NCBI GenBank assembly: GCA_013265495.1
Contig: MU061423.1
Span: 2,170,001-2,234,000, forward strand
Reading direction: 5' to 3'
DNA length: 64,000 nt
Source: Vicugna vicugna
Taxonomy: Eukaryota
Shown here in pieces: positions 1 through 10,708 of the stretch (within the stretch, counting starts at the first letter, position 1; every line of letters begins with the position of its first letter). A program made the translations under genes and the position numbers. The notes beneath the pieces are model-generated. The model searched no databases, was not told the origin of the DNA, and saw nothing but the letters and a program-made list of their open reading frames with translations.

Positions 1-299
1 ACTCCTGCCCTTACCCTACCTTCATCATTCTTTTTTTTTTAAGTATGAAATATTTTTTAAAAAATGAGCACAATTAGATTAAACTGTATGATATACAACT
101 ATACCAGAGTAAATAATAAAACCTGCTATGATTTCAGATCAGCTGGTAGACCAGAAAGTTCATGCTTTGGGGTAAGCTGAGGTGCTGTGTCTTTTGTCTC
201 TTGGCCTTATACCCTGGATGCAGGAACTCTATCTTTCTCTTCTTTGCCTCACTTCTACTTTTGTGTTTCTTCAGCTTTTTCTTGGTGGCGATATCAGGA

Positions 300-660
300 T
301 TGGTTACAGACTCCAAAGCCTTCCTCTCTTTCCGGAGTGTCCCTTTCTCACTGCCTCCATCATTCTTCACCTGCACTGTGAGAATAGCCTCCTGGTTGGT
401 CTCCAGCTTCCATCCTTGGCCCCTTACAGTCTGTTCATGACACAGCAGGGGAAACCAAATCATGATATGTCCCTCCTCCACAGAAATCCCTCTGAAGTTC
501 TGATCACATGCTTAGAATGGAAACTGAAAACCTCACGATGACCTATGAGACCCTCCGTGACCTGGGATCTTTAGTGCCTCTGAGCTCATCTCCTGCACCT
601 TCCTTCCCTCTGTTTCAACCACTCTGACCCTTTACTGTACCTTCAACATGACAAGCACAC
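300..660 (+). mobile_element. L2 LINE fragment (3' region)
   Basis: ctgcctccatcattcttcacctgcactgtgagaatagcctcctggttggtctcc...ccccttacagtctgttc matches the recalled L2 consensus. Boundaries approximate. Confidence 0.7.
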
Positions 661-2624
661 TCACCTCTCATATCCAGTGAGGGTATTATTTCATGAAACC
701 TTAATTTTAGCCATGGTGTGTGTACTTGTATGTATTGGGGTCCATACAATATCTATTTCTTACTTTGGTCAGAGTTTCAAAATATTAGAAAAATACTTGC
801 TTAGATAGTCACCTGAATCAGATTGCCCTTGCTGATGAAAGATTGAAAACTCCATGAATTTATGTTTCAGTATTCCCTGTAATAATATATCTAATATTTG
901 TAGCATTGTTGCATGTAAATACAAACCCCCCAAAACATAATCTAAGTGTTTCAACTCTTGAGACATGAGGTTGTAATTAATTATGCTGTATAGATTACTG
1001 GGCACAGCACATTTCTCTTTGGGTCTTTATTCATTGGGTAAAAGGACTTTACAGAGGATTTGCCCCAAACCATGTAACAATTTAATTTAACATCTTTCAT
1101 CACTAAGAAAGCAGGCATATGCTGACATCGAGACATGGCCATTTGGAGAACCAGTAACACATATTAACTGAAGATGTATAGAAGAGAAGAACTTTTCTAA
1201 TTAGAGAAACATACAAAAACTCAAGTAGTACTTAAAATTTCCATTTTGACCAGCATCCTGAAATAAGGAAACTTATTTTATTTTCTCCATGTAGCTTCAT
1301 TTAATCCCCTCCCAGAAGTTACTTGTGGTTTTCACGATGGTATCCTTAGAGATGGCACAATAAACACCGCACAGAAAACTCCCATCAAAAATTTTGAAAT
1401 GAATGTAAGGATATAAACAATATCCTTTATTAGATAGAAGGATAGAAAGTTAGAAAGAAGGCCAAGCCTAGATATTAGATGTGGGTTGAGTATCACAAGG
1501 GAAAAAAACTGCAAGAGATCAGAATGAGAGCAGAGATCGGAAGACAAAGTAGGAAAGAGGTGATTAAATATTCTGAAGGATGACTTTTGTACCATCTTGG
1601 AGTTCAGTTGATATAAATAAATGTGGGAGCCTTCAGTGATTATTATTATCACCATTACTGTACTCATCTAGGAAATTATAGCTTATTTGGCACTTTATTC
1701 TTCATATTAATGATGTGAAATTTCATGACAACCCACTAAGAAAATAAAAATGGAAATAATAAATCAGCCTGCGGTACTTAAAAGCCTAATGAAATCCAAA
1801 CACTTCCCAACAGAAGATGACTCAGTGACACAGAATTGGCAGTTGTTTGTTGTTAGATCATTAGTTTTTACTGGCCTTATTCTGAGTTTAAGAAGGCATC
1901 TGCAGAACCCTCTTTCTCCCATAATCTGCTTAGAATCATTTAAAGAGACCTGGACTGAAGTCATCAATTGGAAAAATATAGAAGCATTCTTCAATAGCTT
2001 AACGAACCTTTTCTAGGGGATTTCAAATGACAGTCATTTTTATTTAAAATGCAGAGGAGGCTCATGAAACAGTTTTCTTTTGTTTGGAGACAAAGTGAGA
2101 TGAAAAGCCCACATATCTCAAATTTGTGTATGGGATGCACAACCAGATTTGTAATGGCCACCTCACCATGTTGTAAGAGGGGTGAAGAAAAAGTCACCTT
2201 TACGTAATGCTCAAGTCCTGACTGGCCTCTGGGAAAGGAAACCTTTAAAAATTGTTTTGCTGGTGCTTCTAAAGTTGGGGATATGTTTAATGGGATACAT
2301 CTTGTCTGCTGAGGGGGATTTTCCTCTAGAATTTGGCCCGGCAGCGGGTCAGCAATGATTTTGACTCCATGCAGACAGTGACCTCCTACCGTCAGCCAGT
2401 GAATGGACCCATATTCTCGTGTCTGGGCTTGACTGCAGCACCTTTGAAGGGGGAAAAGTATACTTTGCTTTTACAGCCCAAGACCAGCTACTTTAACATG
2501 TGAACTAGATGCATCATGTACCAGCTGTGCCCCTAAAAATTATTTTCTAAAAGGTTTACTTTATCGAGAATGTAGACTATGTCATAAATTATATAATCTG
2601 CTCAACAACCCTAAAAATGATATT

Positions 2625-2995
2625 TGATCCATGCAGCATCTTTTACTGAGCCTTATCAGGCACTTTACTGGACACTCAGAATATGGTGGTCAGCAAGACA
2701 GCTGGGGTCCCTCAATGAACCTGTATTTCAGTAAGATAGCAGAGCAAGTTACAATTAAAGCAAACAAATGAAACAATTATAAATGACGACAAGTGGTATG
2801 AGACAGAAATTCATAGAGGAGGTCAGGGAAAGCCTCTATGAAGAGGTAAAGTTGAAGCTGATCCAAAACAGGAAGTTCCTGGCTTAATGTGAAGCTTGTG
2901 CAAAGGTCCTGAGGTGAACAAGAGCTCAGCATATTTAAGGAGTTTAAAGAAGACCTGTGAAGCTGTAGCAGAGACAGCAAGGACGGAAGTGTTAA
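2625..2995 (-). mobile_element. L2 LINE fragment
   Basis: ggaggtcagggaaagcctctatgaagaggt...tgcaaaggtcctgaggtg is typical antisense L2. Confidence 0.7.
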
Positions 2996-4580
2996 GGAAT
3001 AAGGTTTTTTTTTTTTTTTCAGTTTTAGGCAAGTGGACTGGCATTTGTTGATAGATAAGTGGAAATTCAGTGAAATTAAGCAATACCTTCAAGACTGAAC
3101 AACTAGTAAGACCCTCAGCCTCCTAAACCAGCTTTCTGATTCCAACATTCTTTCTACAAAGCTACACCTAGTTATCTGCTGAATGCTCTCCAACTTTCTA
3201 GATTATATGGACTAGTTTTGGATCACTTAAAATCAAAAGTCACCCAGATGTGCTCCCTGTCAGCAAAGCAAAAGCTTCCTGATGGCCACTATGCAGAAGT
3301 GCCAGTGGCATCCTATTCCAGTGAGCTGCCTGGGAAGGCGGTCCTCCATATGGAGCTGGGTGCGAGCTTTCTGTGCCTCCGGTGGGAATGAACAGCTCAT
3401 GGAGCCAAATTTGACACTTCACAGTCCAAACTCATCGAATCTGTGATATGATAATTCAGAGAAACTGAAAGACATTCATGGGAAGGCCTTCAATAGTTAT
3501 TGAGTGCCACTACTTTTCTGCTTATGAAATGAATTATATGTGTATGTATGAATATGTGTGTATGTCCATGAATACATACACTCACAAAACCACACAGTAT
3601 TATTTTTGTTTTGAACCACAAATGCATGCAGTACCTTTAAAAGGATATATTCAATCAAAAAATGTTTAAAAAGTGAAAGATTAATTCTACTTTATTTTTT
3701 GTATTATCAAAGACTTACTTCTATTAGCTAAAGATAGGCGAATATCTACAGAGTCTAATTTGCCCAACATATTATACATGTTCATTTTTTAAATCTTTTC
3801 AGTATTGTGATGCCATGACATTTAGAATGTCTGTTTTACAGGTAAAAAATACTGAGACTCTGTGAAGTTAAGTAACCTGTTTACTTACAGGAATTATCAG
3901 TGCTGAGCTGAGAAGTCAAGTCTCTTCACACCTCATCCTATTGCTTTCTCAAGAGTTTTAAAAAATATTTTCTTTTTTAAGAAGAACTGTTATACTGATG
4001 ATGCATATTTACGCACCCATATTTCAAAGAATTATCTTCTTTCTGGCTCATGCCTTACGGATTATAAATATTTCTGCAGAGGCTGTTTTCAGGTTGAAAG
4101 AGGAGATCATGGGCCTTTTATCTAAACTTTTACCCATTCTTTGAGATTAATTGCCTAGGACATGCCAACTTTCCTCCTTTTCATCAACTGATAGGTGTAA
4201 AAATGTCTCTTACTCCATGCTTTGTCTGCAATAGTAAGAGGAGGGAAAAAGGTGACAAATGGCCATTTCCTTTTCAATCAAATCATTTGAAGGTCATGTG
4301 CCAAAAATGATTCCTTCATCAGAAACATAACACATTCCATTAGACTTTCAGGGTGACAGCACTGAAAAATAGGTAAGAGTTTCATCTTGCCTCCTGTTAA
4401 TCTGTATCTAGTATTTTGTGTAGCATGTTTGAGAGAGAAGGGTCTAGGGTTCATGAAAGAAAGGAAAAGATTAGAAGAGTTATTTTAAAATGTATCAATA
4501 TATGATGCCTTACATCTCAAATTAAAAAAAACAAATGGCAATAACCAAAAAGCCATACTGTTACTAAATTGCTAGGAGGC

Positions 4581-4607
4581 TGTGTGTGTGTGTGTGTGTG
4601 TGTGTGT
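4581..4607. repeat. (TG)n microsatellite
   Basis: 27 nt of pure TG repeat read directly. Confidence 0.95.
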
Positions 4608-5699
4608 CTGTAGGCCACCATTTACATTCTAGTGCTCTAGGGTCACAGATTTCCTTATTTGAAACTGAAACAAACCTAGGAACCAGAGAGAATGGATATA
4701 TTCTTCTTTACACTCTGTACACAATAAGGATATACCTGAGACTGGTCATATCGGAATATGAATGTTTTGATGTAAGCATGCCTACTGGATATGACACTGT
4801 TGGTCTCGACCGGTTGAAGTATAACTCAAAAACTGGCGTTCTGTGCTCTCATCCAGTAACACATTTCAGGAAGATGCAGGGGTTTGGCTCACTCACCTCC
4901 TACCGTCAGCCAGGGAATGGACCCATATTCTCGTGTCTGGGCTTCACTGCACCTTTGAAGGGGGAACAGTGGGGCAGAACCGAGCAGCATGACTCGGGGT
5001 TTGTAGACGGACCACTAGGCCTCCAAGAAGTGATCACCAGAAGGTACCTTATAAATGGAAGGAAAAAAAAAAAAAAAGGACAAAGTTTCATTGAATGTAA
5101 ACCTGATCTGGGCTGCTCGATTTTTTATGAAATGGACTAGGCTTCTTCAAGGAACAGAATATAAAATCAAAGACCAGATGTTCAACTAATGTTTGAAAAT
5201 GAGTTGGGGGAAGAGGAATAATTTCGATATCCTTGTGGAGAGAAGCCATATATATATGTGGTCTGTGGCTGAATGAGAAAAAGGGGTGCCCAACTCTGTC
5301 CCTAGGCAGAGCAGAATGTAATGCTATCACTGGGTCCCTTGATTTATTACGAGGAAGAAAATCTATGTTTGGAGCCAAGTGCCTGCAGCTTTATGGCAAT
5401 CATGGATGGAGAGAATTATAGACACTGCTATTTGAAAGGGCTCTTACCCTATCAGTTCCTCATCTCTTTCATAGTACCCCCAACAGATGAGCTCCCAGTT
5501 GTGCTTTAAGAGAACACAGAGATTGCATTCATCCCTCACAAAGCCATCCCTTTCTTTGGCCATACAGTTGCAGTTTTTAGAAAGTTCTTTATTTAGTCTT
5601 AGTAAAAATGTAATACATCCATTGTTTCTAGTACTGGTGTCCAGAAACAGAAAATAAAAATAAATTACATATTCCTCTATAAAACATGGAGCTGCTTTA

Positions 5700-5920
5700 A
5701 TATTTGAACATACCTATCATATCTTCTTTAATCTTTTCTTCTCCAGGCTAGACCATTTCATTTAAAAAAAAATATATTCCCCATCTGACATGCTTCCTTA
5801 TCTGTCATAGACTCTCTGGCTCTCCCCTGAATGTTCTCTAGCTTGTCAGTATTACTCCGAGGTCTCCACGCTAAGAATTGAGCAATATATTCCACTTAAG
5901 CTGAAGTATACAAGAGGCAG
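5700..5920 (-). mobile_element. L3/CR1 LINE fragment (3' part)
   Basis: tcttttcttctccaggctagacc...ttctctagcttgtcagt...agaattgagcaatatattcca resembles antisense L3. Confidence 0.55.
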
Positions 5921-6859
5921 GGCTGTTCAGGGCTGAATTTTCCCTTCATGTCCTAGTAGGGATAAAGTTAGAGTCAACTACACTGAATCTGGACCCTTTG
6001 CCTAAAGATGTAGGGTCTTCAACTCTTCAAAGTTTTAGATTCCTGAGGTTATCGGCGGGGGCCACATGACACTGGAGGACGCCCAAGATCTCATTCCAGG
6101 ACTCTTAAAGGAACAGCAGGCAGCTATCCTGGGATGATAGTGGTATTAAAGATGAAATGAATGCTCTGGTTACTTTTATAATCTTATTTAAAGTACACAT
6201 TTAAGGCTCCTAGTAACTTCTAGGAGCCTTTTATTTTACCTTTTTTTCAACTTTATTTGGGTGAAAATATTTGTCACCAATGTAAATACAGAAAAACAAG
6301 TACATATATCGAAAGAGAGGACTATTATTTTTAGACGTGTACTTACTGAACAAAAATAAAACACTGAACAGTCTTCAGAAACTGTAAAATTCCGTCTATC
6401 TGCATATGTATATATATACATGAATGTGCATCTATGTGACAGTGTACATGTATGTGTGTGTTTATGTGTGTACATGGCATGTATACAGATGTGTGTGTGT
6501 GTGTGTGTGCCCTGTTTCTTATTAGGAGCACTTAGACCTTGGTGTACCTTACCCAGGGTAATAGTGAAAAACTTATTCATAAGCTTCTTGCCAAGTTATT
6601 ACATGGTATCAAGCAGATAGCTTTCAGGGCCTGCATAAAGGTCTGCCCCAACATATGGAGGAACTAACGCAGAGTATGATGGGACTGTCAACCCCAAATC
6701 TAGGAACTCTAATTCTATCAACAAAAATCAGGCAAGTCTCCAATACCTAATACTTACATAATTAATTTTTGAAGCCAAGCGTTCCTATTTATCTCAGTTT
6801 ACCTTCTTTTTGTTCATTTCAATCTAGTTTTCTGACTGATGAAGAGTATTTTGAATTCT

Positions 6860-7060
6860 GATTCTTTCACATGTAATTTTAAGCTTTGAGTTCTCTGGAA
6901 GCTTAGTGAGCATGCTTGCATTTAAATCATTGATAAAACGCTGAACAGAACAAAGTCAAGAACAATGTCCTGGGGCTCTTCACTAGAGCTTTCTCTCTAG
7001 CTGATGTGAATACACAGCTCCTCACTTTGTGGTGTGTGGATTCAAATTAACCTAATGATA
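6860..7060 (-). mobile_element. L3/CR1 RT-region fragment
   Basis: aaatcattgataaaacgctgaacagaacaaagtcaagaacaatgtcctggggctcttcactagag is antisense to the L3 RT motif (ctctagtggc..cagggctctgtccttggccctgtcctgttcaacatttttatcaatga). Confidence 0.65.
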
Positions 7061-7159
7061 TTTGGAGAACTGGCAATAAAGCTGACTTGCTACTAATCAC
7101 CTGAGTACCATCCTAGGGTTCAAGTCTTCCACTTAGCTAAATTAAGATTTGACTCAATG

Positions 7160-7740
7160 TGAGATTGATTTCCAACAAGAGTGCCAAGACAGTTCAATGG
7201 GAAAAGGATAGTTTTTTCAACAAAAGGTGCTGGGACAACTGGACACAAAAGCATGAAGTTAGACCACACTCACATCATATTAAAAAATTAATACAAAATG
7301 AATCAGAAGTCTAATTGTAATAGCTAAATCTATAAAACTGTTAGAAGAAAACAAAGACATAAGTCTTCATGATCTTGGATTAGATAATGGATTCTTGGAA
7401 ATGACACAAAAGTGCAATCAATAAAAGAAAATATTTGTTTTATATTAGACTGCATCAAAATTAAAAATATTTGTTCTGCAAAGGACATCATGAAAGAAGA
7501 GGAAAGATAACCTATGGCATGGGAGAACATTCTTGCAAATCATGTTGCAAAAACAAATGAAGCAGTGATACATGGTACCACTTGGATGAACTTGTAAAAT
7601 ATGCTAAGTGAAAGAAGCTGGTCACAAAAGACCATTTATATGAAACTTTCAGAATAGTCAAATTATAGAGACAGAAGTAGATTAGTGGTTTCTTGTGGCC
7701 CAAGGGCTGGGGAGAATGGGAAATGACCACTAGTGAATAT
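7160..7740 (+). mobile_element. Old L1 (L1MB/L1MC-like) ORF2 3' and 3'UTR fragment, internally deleted, running into a gap
   Basis: gatttccaacaagagtgccaagacagttcaatgggaaaaggatagttttttcaacaaaaggtgctgggacaactgg and tggatgaacttgtaaaatatgctaagtgaaagaagc are L1 hallmarks. Confidence 0.85.
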
Positions 7741-7891
7741 NNNNNNNNNNNNNNNNNNNNNNNNNNNNNNNNNNNNNNNNNNNNNNNNNNNNNNNNNNNN
7801 NNNNNNNNNNNNNNNNNNNNNNNNNNNNNNNNNNNNNNNNNNNNNNNNNNNNNNNNNNNNNNNNNNNNNNNNNNNNNNNNNNNNNNNNNNN
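7741..7891. other. Assembly gap (151 N)
   Basis: Run of N. Confidence 0.99.
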
Positions 7892-7929
7892 TAGAGTCTG
7901 GAGCAATGTTTTGTCAATGAGGAAACACA

Positions 7930-8200
7930 GAGAATGATTGGGACAACCTGACCGTGTCACCCTTGACAGTTCCAATGTTCAAAGAGAGAATAAAAAGACT
8001 TAGATTCTAGAAACTATTGGTCAGCATCCTTTTTATAATTCTAGAATGGAGAGTTTACAAACATTTAGGAAAGAGCAGGAAAGTATTAAAAGGCAATGCA
8101 GGTCCATGCTAAACAACATTATTTCCCTTTTGATTGGTTTGCTGGATTTGGGGAGTGTCACACACATAATGCACTCTGATTTCAACTAAGAGGATTCTAG
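7930..8200 (+). mobile_element. L3/CR1 RT-region fragment, opposite orientation to the neighbouring L3 pieces
   Basis: tagattctagaaactattggtcagc..aattctagaa..acatttaggaaag..catgctaaacaacattatttcccttttgattggtttgctggatt..ctgatttcaactaag aligns to recalled sense L3. Confidence 0.6.
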
Positions 8201-8689
8201 TATACTTAAAGTATTTTAGAGATGAAATGTTTCTGCTTGAAAAAATAAATCTCATTCTAGACAACATTTTCATGAACATTGAAAAAGATCCACAGATCCT
8301 GCTTCATCAGAAGACAATTTTTATGGCTTCCTGAGTTCACTGGAACATGTGCGGCCTGCAAAAAGCTGGTGTGAGACTTGGATCGATGTAAGTGTAAGAC
8401 TTGAGTCTCTAACAGATGTCCACACTTTGCTTCCAGAGTCATGTAGTAGGGGACATCAGTAGCAATGAACAGCATTGAAACAGGACATAAATTTGCCTAT
8501 AATGATGCCATATAATGCTGACTGTTACCAAAACTGAAGTCCCAGAGATCAGCTTCAAGAGAAAGTAAGTGTCAGAGGAAGAGTTTATTTGGAGAGGTGT
8601 GTGTGTGTGTGTCTTTCATCCTGCTGTATAGTTGAGTATGAACAAAAAATGAAAAAAAAAAAAGCAACCCAGATACGGACGATTACAGT

Positions 8690-8930
8690 TCCCAGCCTCC
8701 CAGCCACTGGGAATAGTTGCGTCTGGAGTGAGGTGCTGGGGCTCTGTGCCCTGGCTTACAAAAATCATTCATGCTCATCTTTTCCCAACTCTGTGTTCAG
8801 TGAAGTCATCTTAGTAGCCTGAAATCATTCATGGTGGGAGGATTTACACCACGAAAATTGGCAGATGCTTACAAATCTGGCCTTTATTTCCCCTGGAGAG
8901 CCAGTTGTTAAGCATTTACCAGCACACCCC
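8690..8930. mobile_element. hAT-Blackjack MER63-like DNA element
   Basis: Ends gagagccagttgttaagcatttaccagcacacccctg; internal catggtgggaggatttacaccacgaaaattggc. Confidence 0.6.
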
Positions 8931-10330
8931 TGGCAAGCGTCTCCGTGTTGGCCAGCTCAGGCAGCATAGTGCAAGAGAACATACCACCTCTGAATGTCAA
9001 CAGCATGCAGGCCGTGGCACAGAGACACCAAGATGGAGCTGTACTAATACACACTACGTGATTTAACACCCACATCCCAGTGAAGAACAACACTGACTTA
9101 GAGTCAAGGTTAAAAGGCAATCTACCAGTACTTTAAGTTAAACAATAACAATATCCAATTGACATACAAGGTATGTATTTTGTAGAATGACCTGCTTTCT
9201 GATATATAATTACAGTAACCACTGCATTTGTTAAGCATTCTAAATACCTTGATCCCATAGAAACAACTTTGCCTGGTCATAAAATTCAAGAACTCAGTTG
9301 CCTATACTTTCCCGAGCCTCTGACTCACACAGCAGCAGGCATCAGGGGCCATATCTGGCTAATAAGAGAACTTTCCTTATAAATCGTGAGTAAATAAGTG
9401 AAACAGCATTTGGATTAATAGGAATGGTTAGAGTAGAAATATAAATATATTCAAAATAGATTCTTGGAAAGACTGAAAATGAAATTCGGTGGGTAAATTG
9501 CCTCTGCCTATGTACACTGTGGCCAAAAACTCCAATGGAAAAACCAACATCAGGAGAATTGAATTTCGTTCCCCCTCAAAATGCAAAGTCAGAGACAGCA
9601 TGATCTGCTCTCTCTGGAACAGCAACCAGAGGCTTCTCTCATAGAAAGACAACATCTGTTTTAAGAAGTTCTTTGAAGAAAAACTACATAAACATGTGGG
9701 AATGGCGTGTTATATACACGCCCTTGCTTAAAGAGTTGCCAGAGGAAGCAGAGAACCAAGCCCTCAAGACGGAGGCCATTCAGTTACCTTGGCTGAGGCT
9801 GCAGCAACAGTTCCAGCCTCTCTGCTGTTTAACACATCAAGAGAATTCAGGGGAACAAGGCGATGACGGGGCTCTGCCCTGCCAGTTTCCTGATTTTCTA
9901 TCAAAGCTTGCTTGGGTATATTTTGCACATAAAAAAATTAAAGTTTGGGGTCAAAATTTAGGAGGAAGGATTTGGAAGTTCATTTGAACCTATACGAAAG
10001 CCTGTCCTCATAATTAGCCAACGTGAAAATTTATCAGGTCCAATAATCCATCAAATCTTCTAGGCCAGGGGTTCTCAATCTGGGGTTCTCAATCTGGGGT
10101 TCCTGGATAGAATTCAAATTCTGTGAACTTGGATTAAAAAAAAAAAAGACATCTTTATTTCCACTAATCTCAAATGGAAATTTGTTATTTCCTTCAATTA
10201 TGAGGATAAGCAACAAAACACAGTGACTGTTACTGTGATTCATCAGTAATGAAAATCACAGATTCTTTACTATCACATTGCAGTACGTGTAGATATCTTC
10301 CCAAGCCATTTACTCTCAGCACCATTTTGA

Positions 10331-10468
10331 TTGTTTTTGTTTGGATTTTTTGTTTTGGGGGAAAGTAATTAGGTTTATTTATTTTAATGGAGGTACTGGG
10401 GATTGAACCCAGAATTTTGTGCATGCTAAGCATGCGCTCTACCACTGAGCTATACCCTCCCCCTTCAT
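10331..10468 (-). mobile_element. Camelid tRNA-Ala-derived SINE (Vic-1 type)
   Basis: Reverse complement ggggagggtatagctcagtggtagagcgcatgcttagcatgcacaaaattctgggttcaatccccagtacctcca plus an A-rich tail. 11-bp TSD caccattttga at 10320-10330 and 10469-10479. Confidence 0.9.
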
Positions 10469-10534
10469 CACCATTTTGAAATCATGATAGTTATTAAACT
10501 TGTCACTATGTCTTGTTATTTAAGAATTAATAAA

Positions 10535-10708
10535 TAGCACAGGGAATTACGTTATAACACAGGGAACTATATTCAATATACTGTAGTAACCTATAATGAC
10601 AATGAATATGAAGACGAATATATGTGTGTTCACATATGACTGAAACATTGTGCTGTACACCAGAAATTGACACAACATTGCAAACTAACTATACTTCAAT
10701 TAAAAAAA
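10535..10708 (+). mobile_element. 5'-truncated camelid/cetartiodactyl L1 3' tail
   Basis: acagggaactatattcaata...gctgtacaccagaaattgacacaacattg..tatacttcaattaaaaaaa. Perfect 19-bp flanking duplication ttatttaagaattaataaa at 10516-10534 and 10709-10727. Confidence 0.9.

Noticed and set aside
134-481. Lys-rich 115-aa minus-strand ORF resembling a nucleolar protein tail
   Set aside because: Its N-terminal half is antisense L2 and the K/R-rich half is the complement of a plus-strand polypyrimidine tract; no homologue recognised.
1750-2016. ORF ending KNIEAFFNSLTNLF, faintly like a four-helix cytokine D helix
   Set aside because: No signal peptide, conserved cysteines or usable acceptor; similarity too short to be meaningful.
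3240-3422. PTGGTES motif reminiscent of the SELENOP N-terminus
   Set aside because: Similarity ends after about 7 residues; no signal peptide, no UxxC motif and no other SELENOP exons nearby.
4586-5140. Longest ORF in the track (184 aa)
   Set aside because: Starts at a GTG inside a (TG)n microsatellite, crosses a poly-A run, and has no recognisable domain.
6039-6137. Protein-like plus-strand frame IPEVIGGGHMTLEDAQDLIPGLLKEQQAAILG*
   Set aside because: Weak acceptor, no recognised homologue and no linked exons.
10388-10463. Possible tRNA-Ala(AGC) gene
   Set aside because: It has an A-rich tail, TSDs and variable-arm/T-stem mismatches, so it is the head of a tRNA-derived SINE rather than a tRNA gene.
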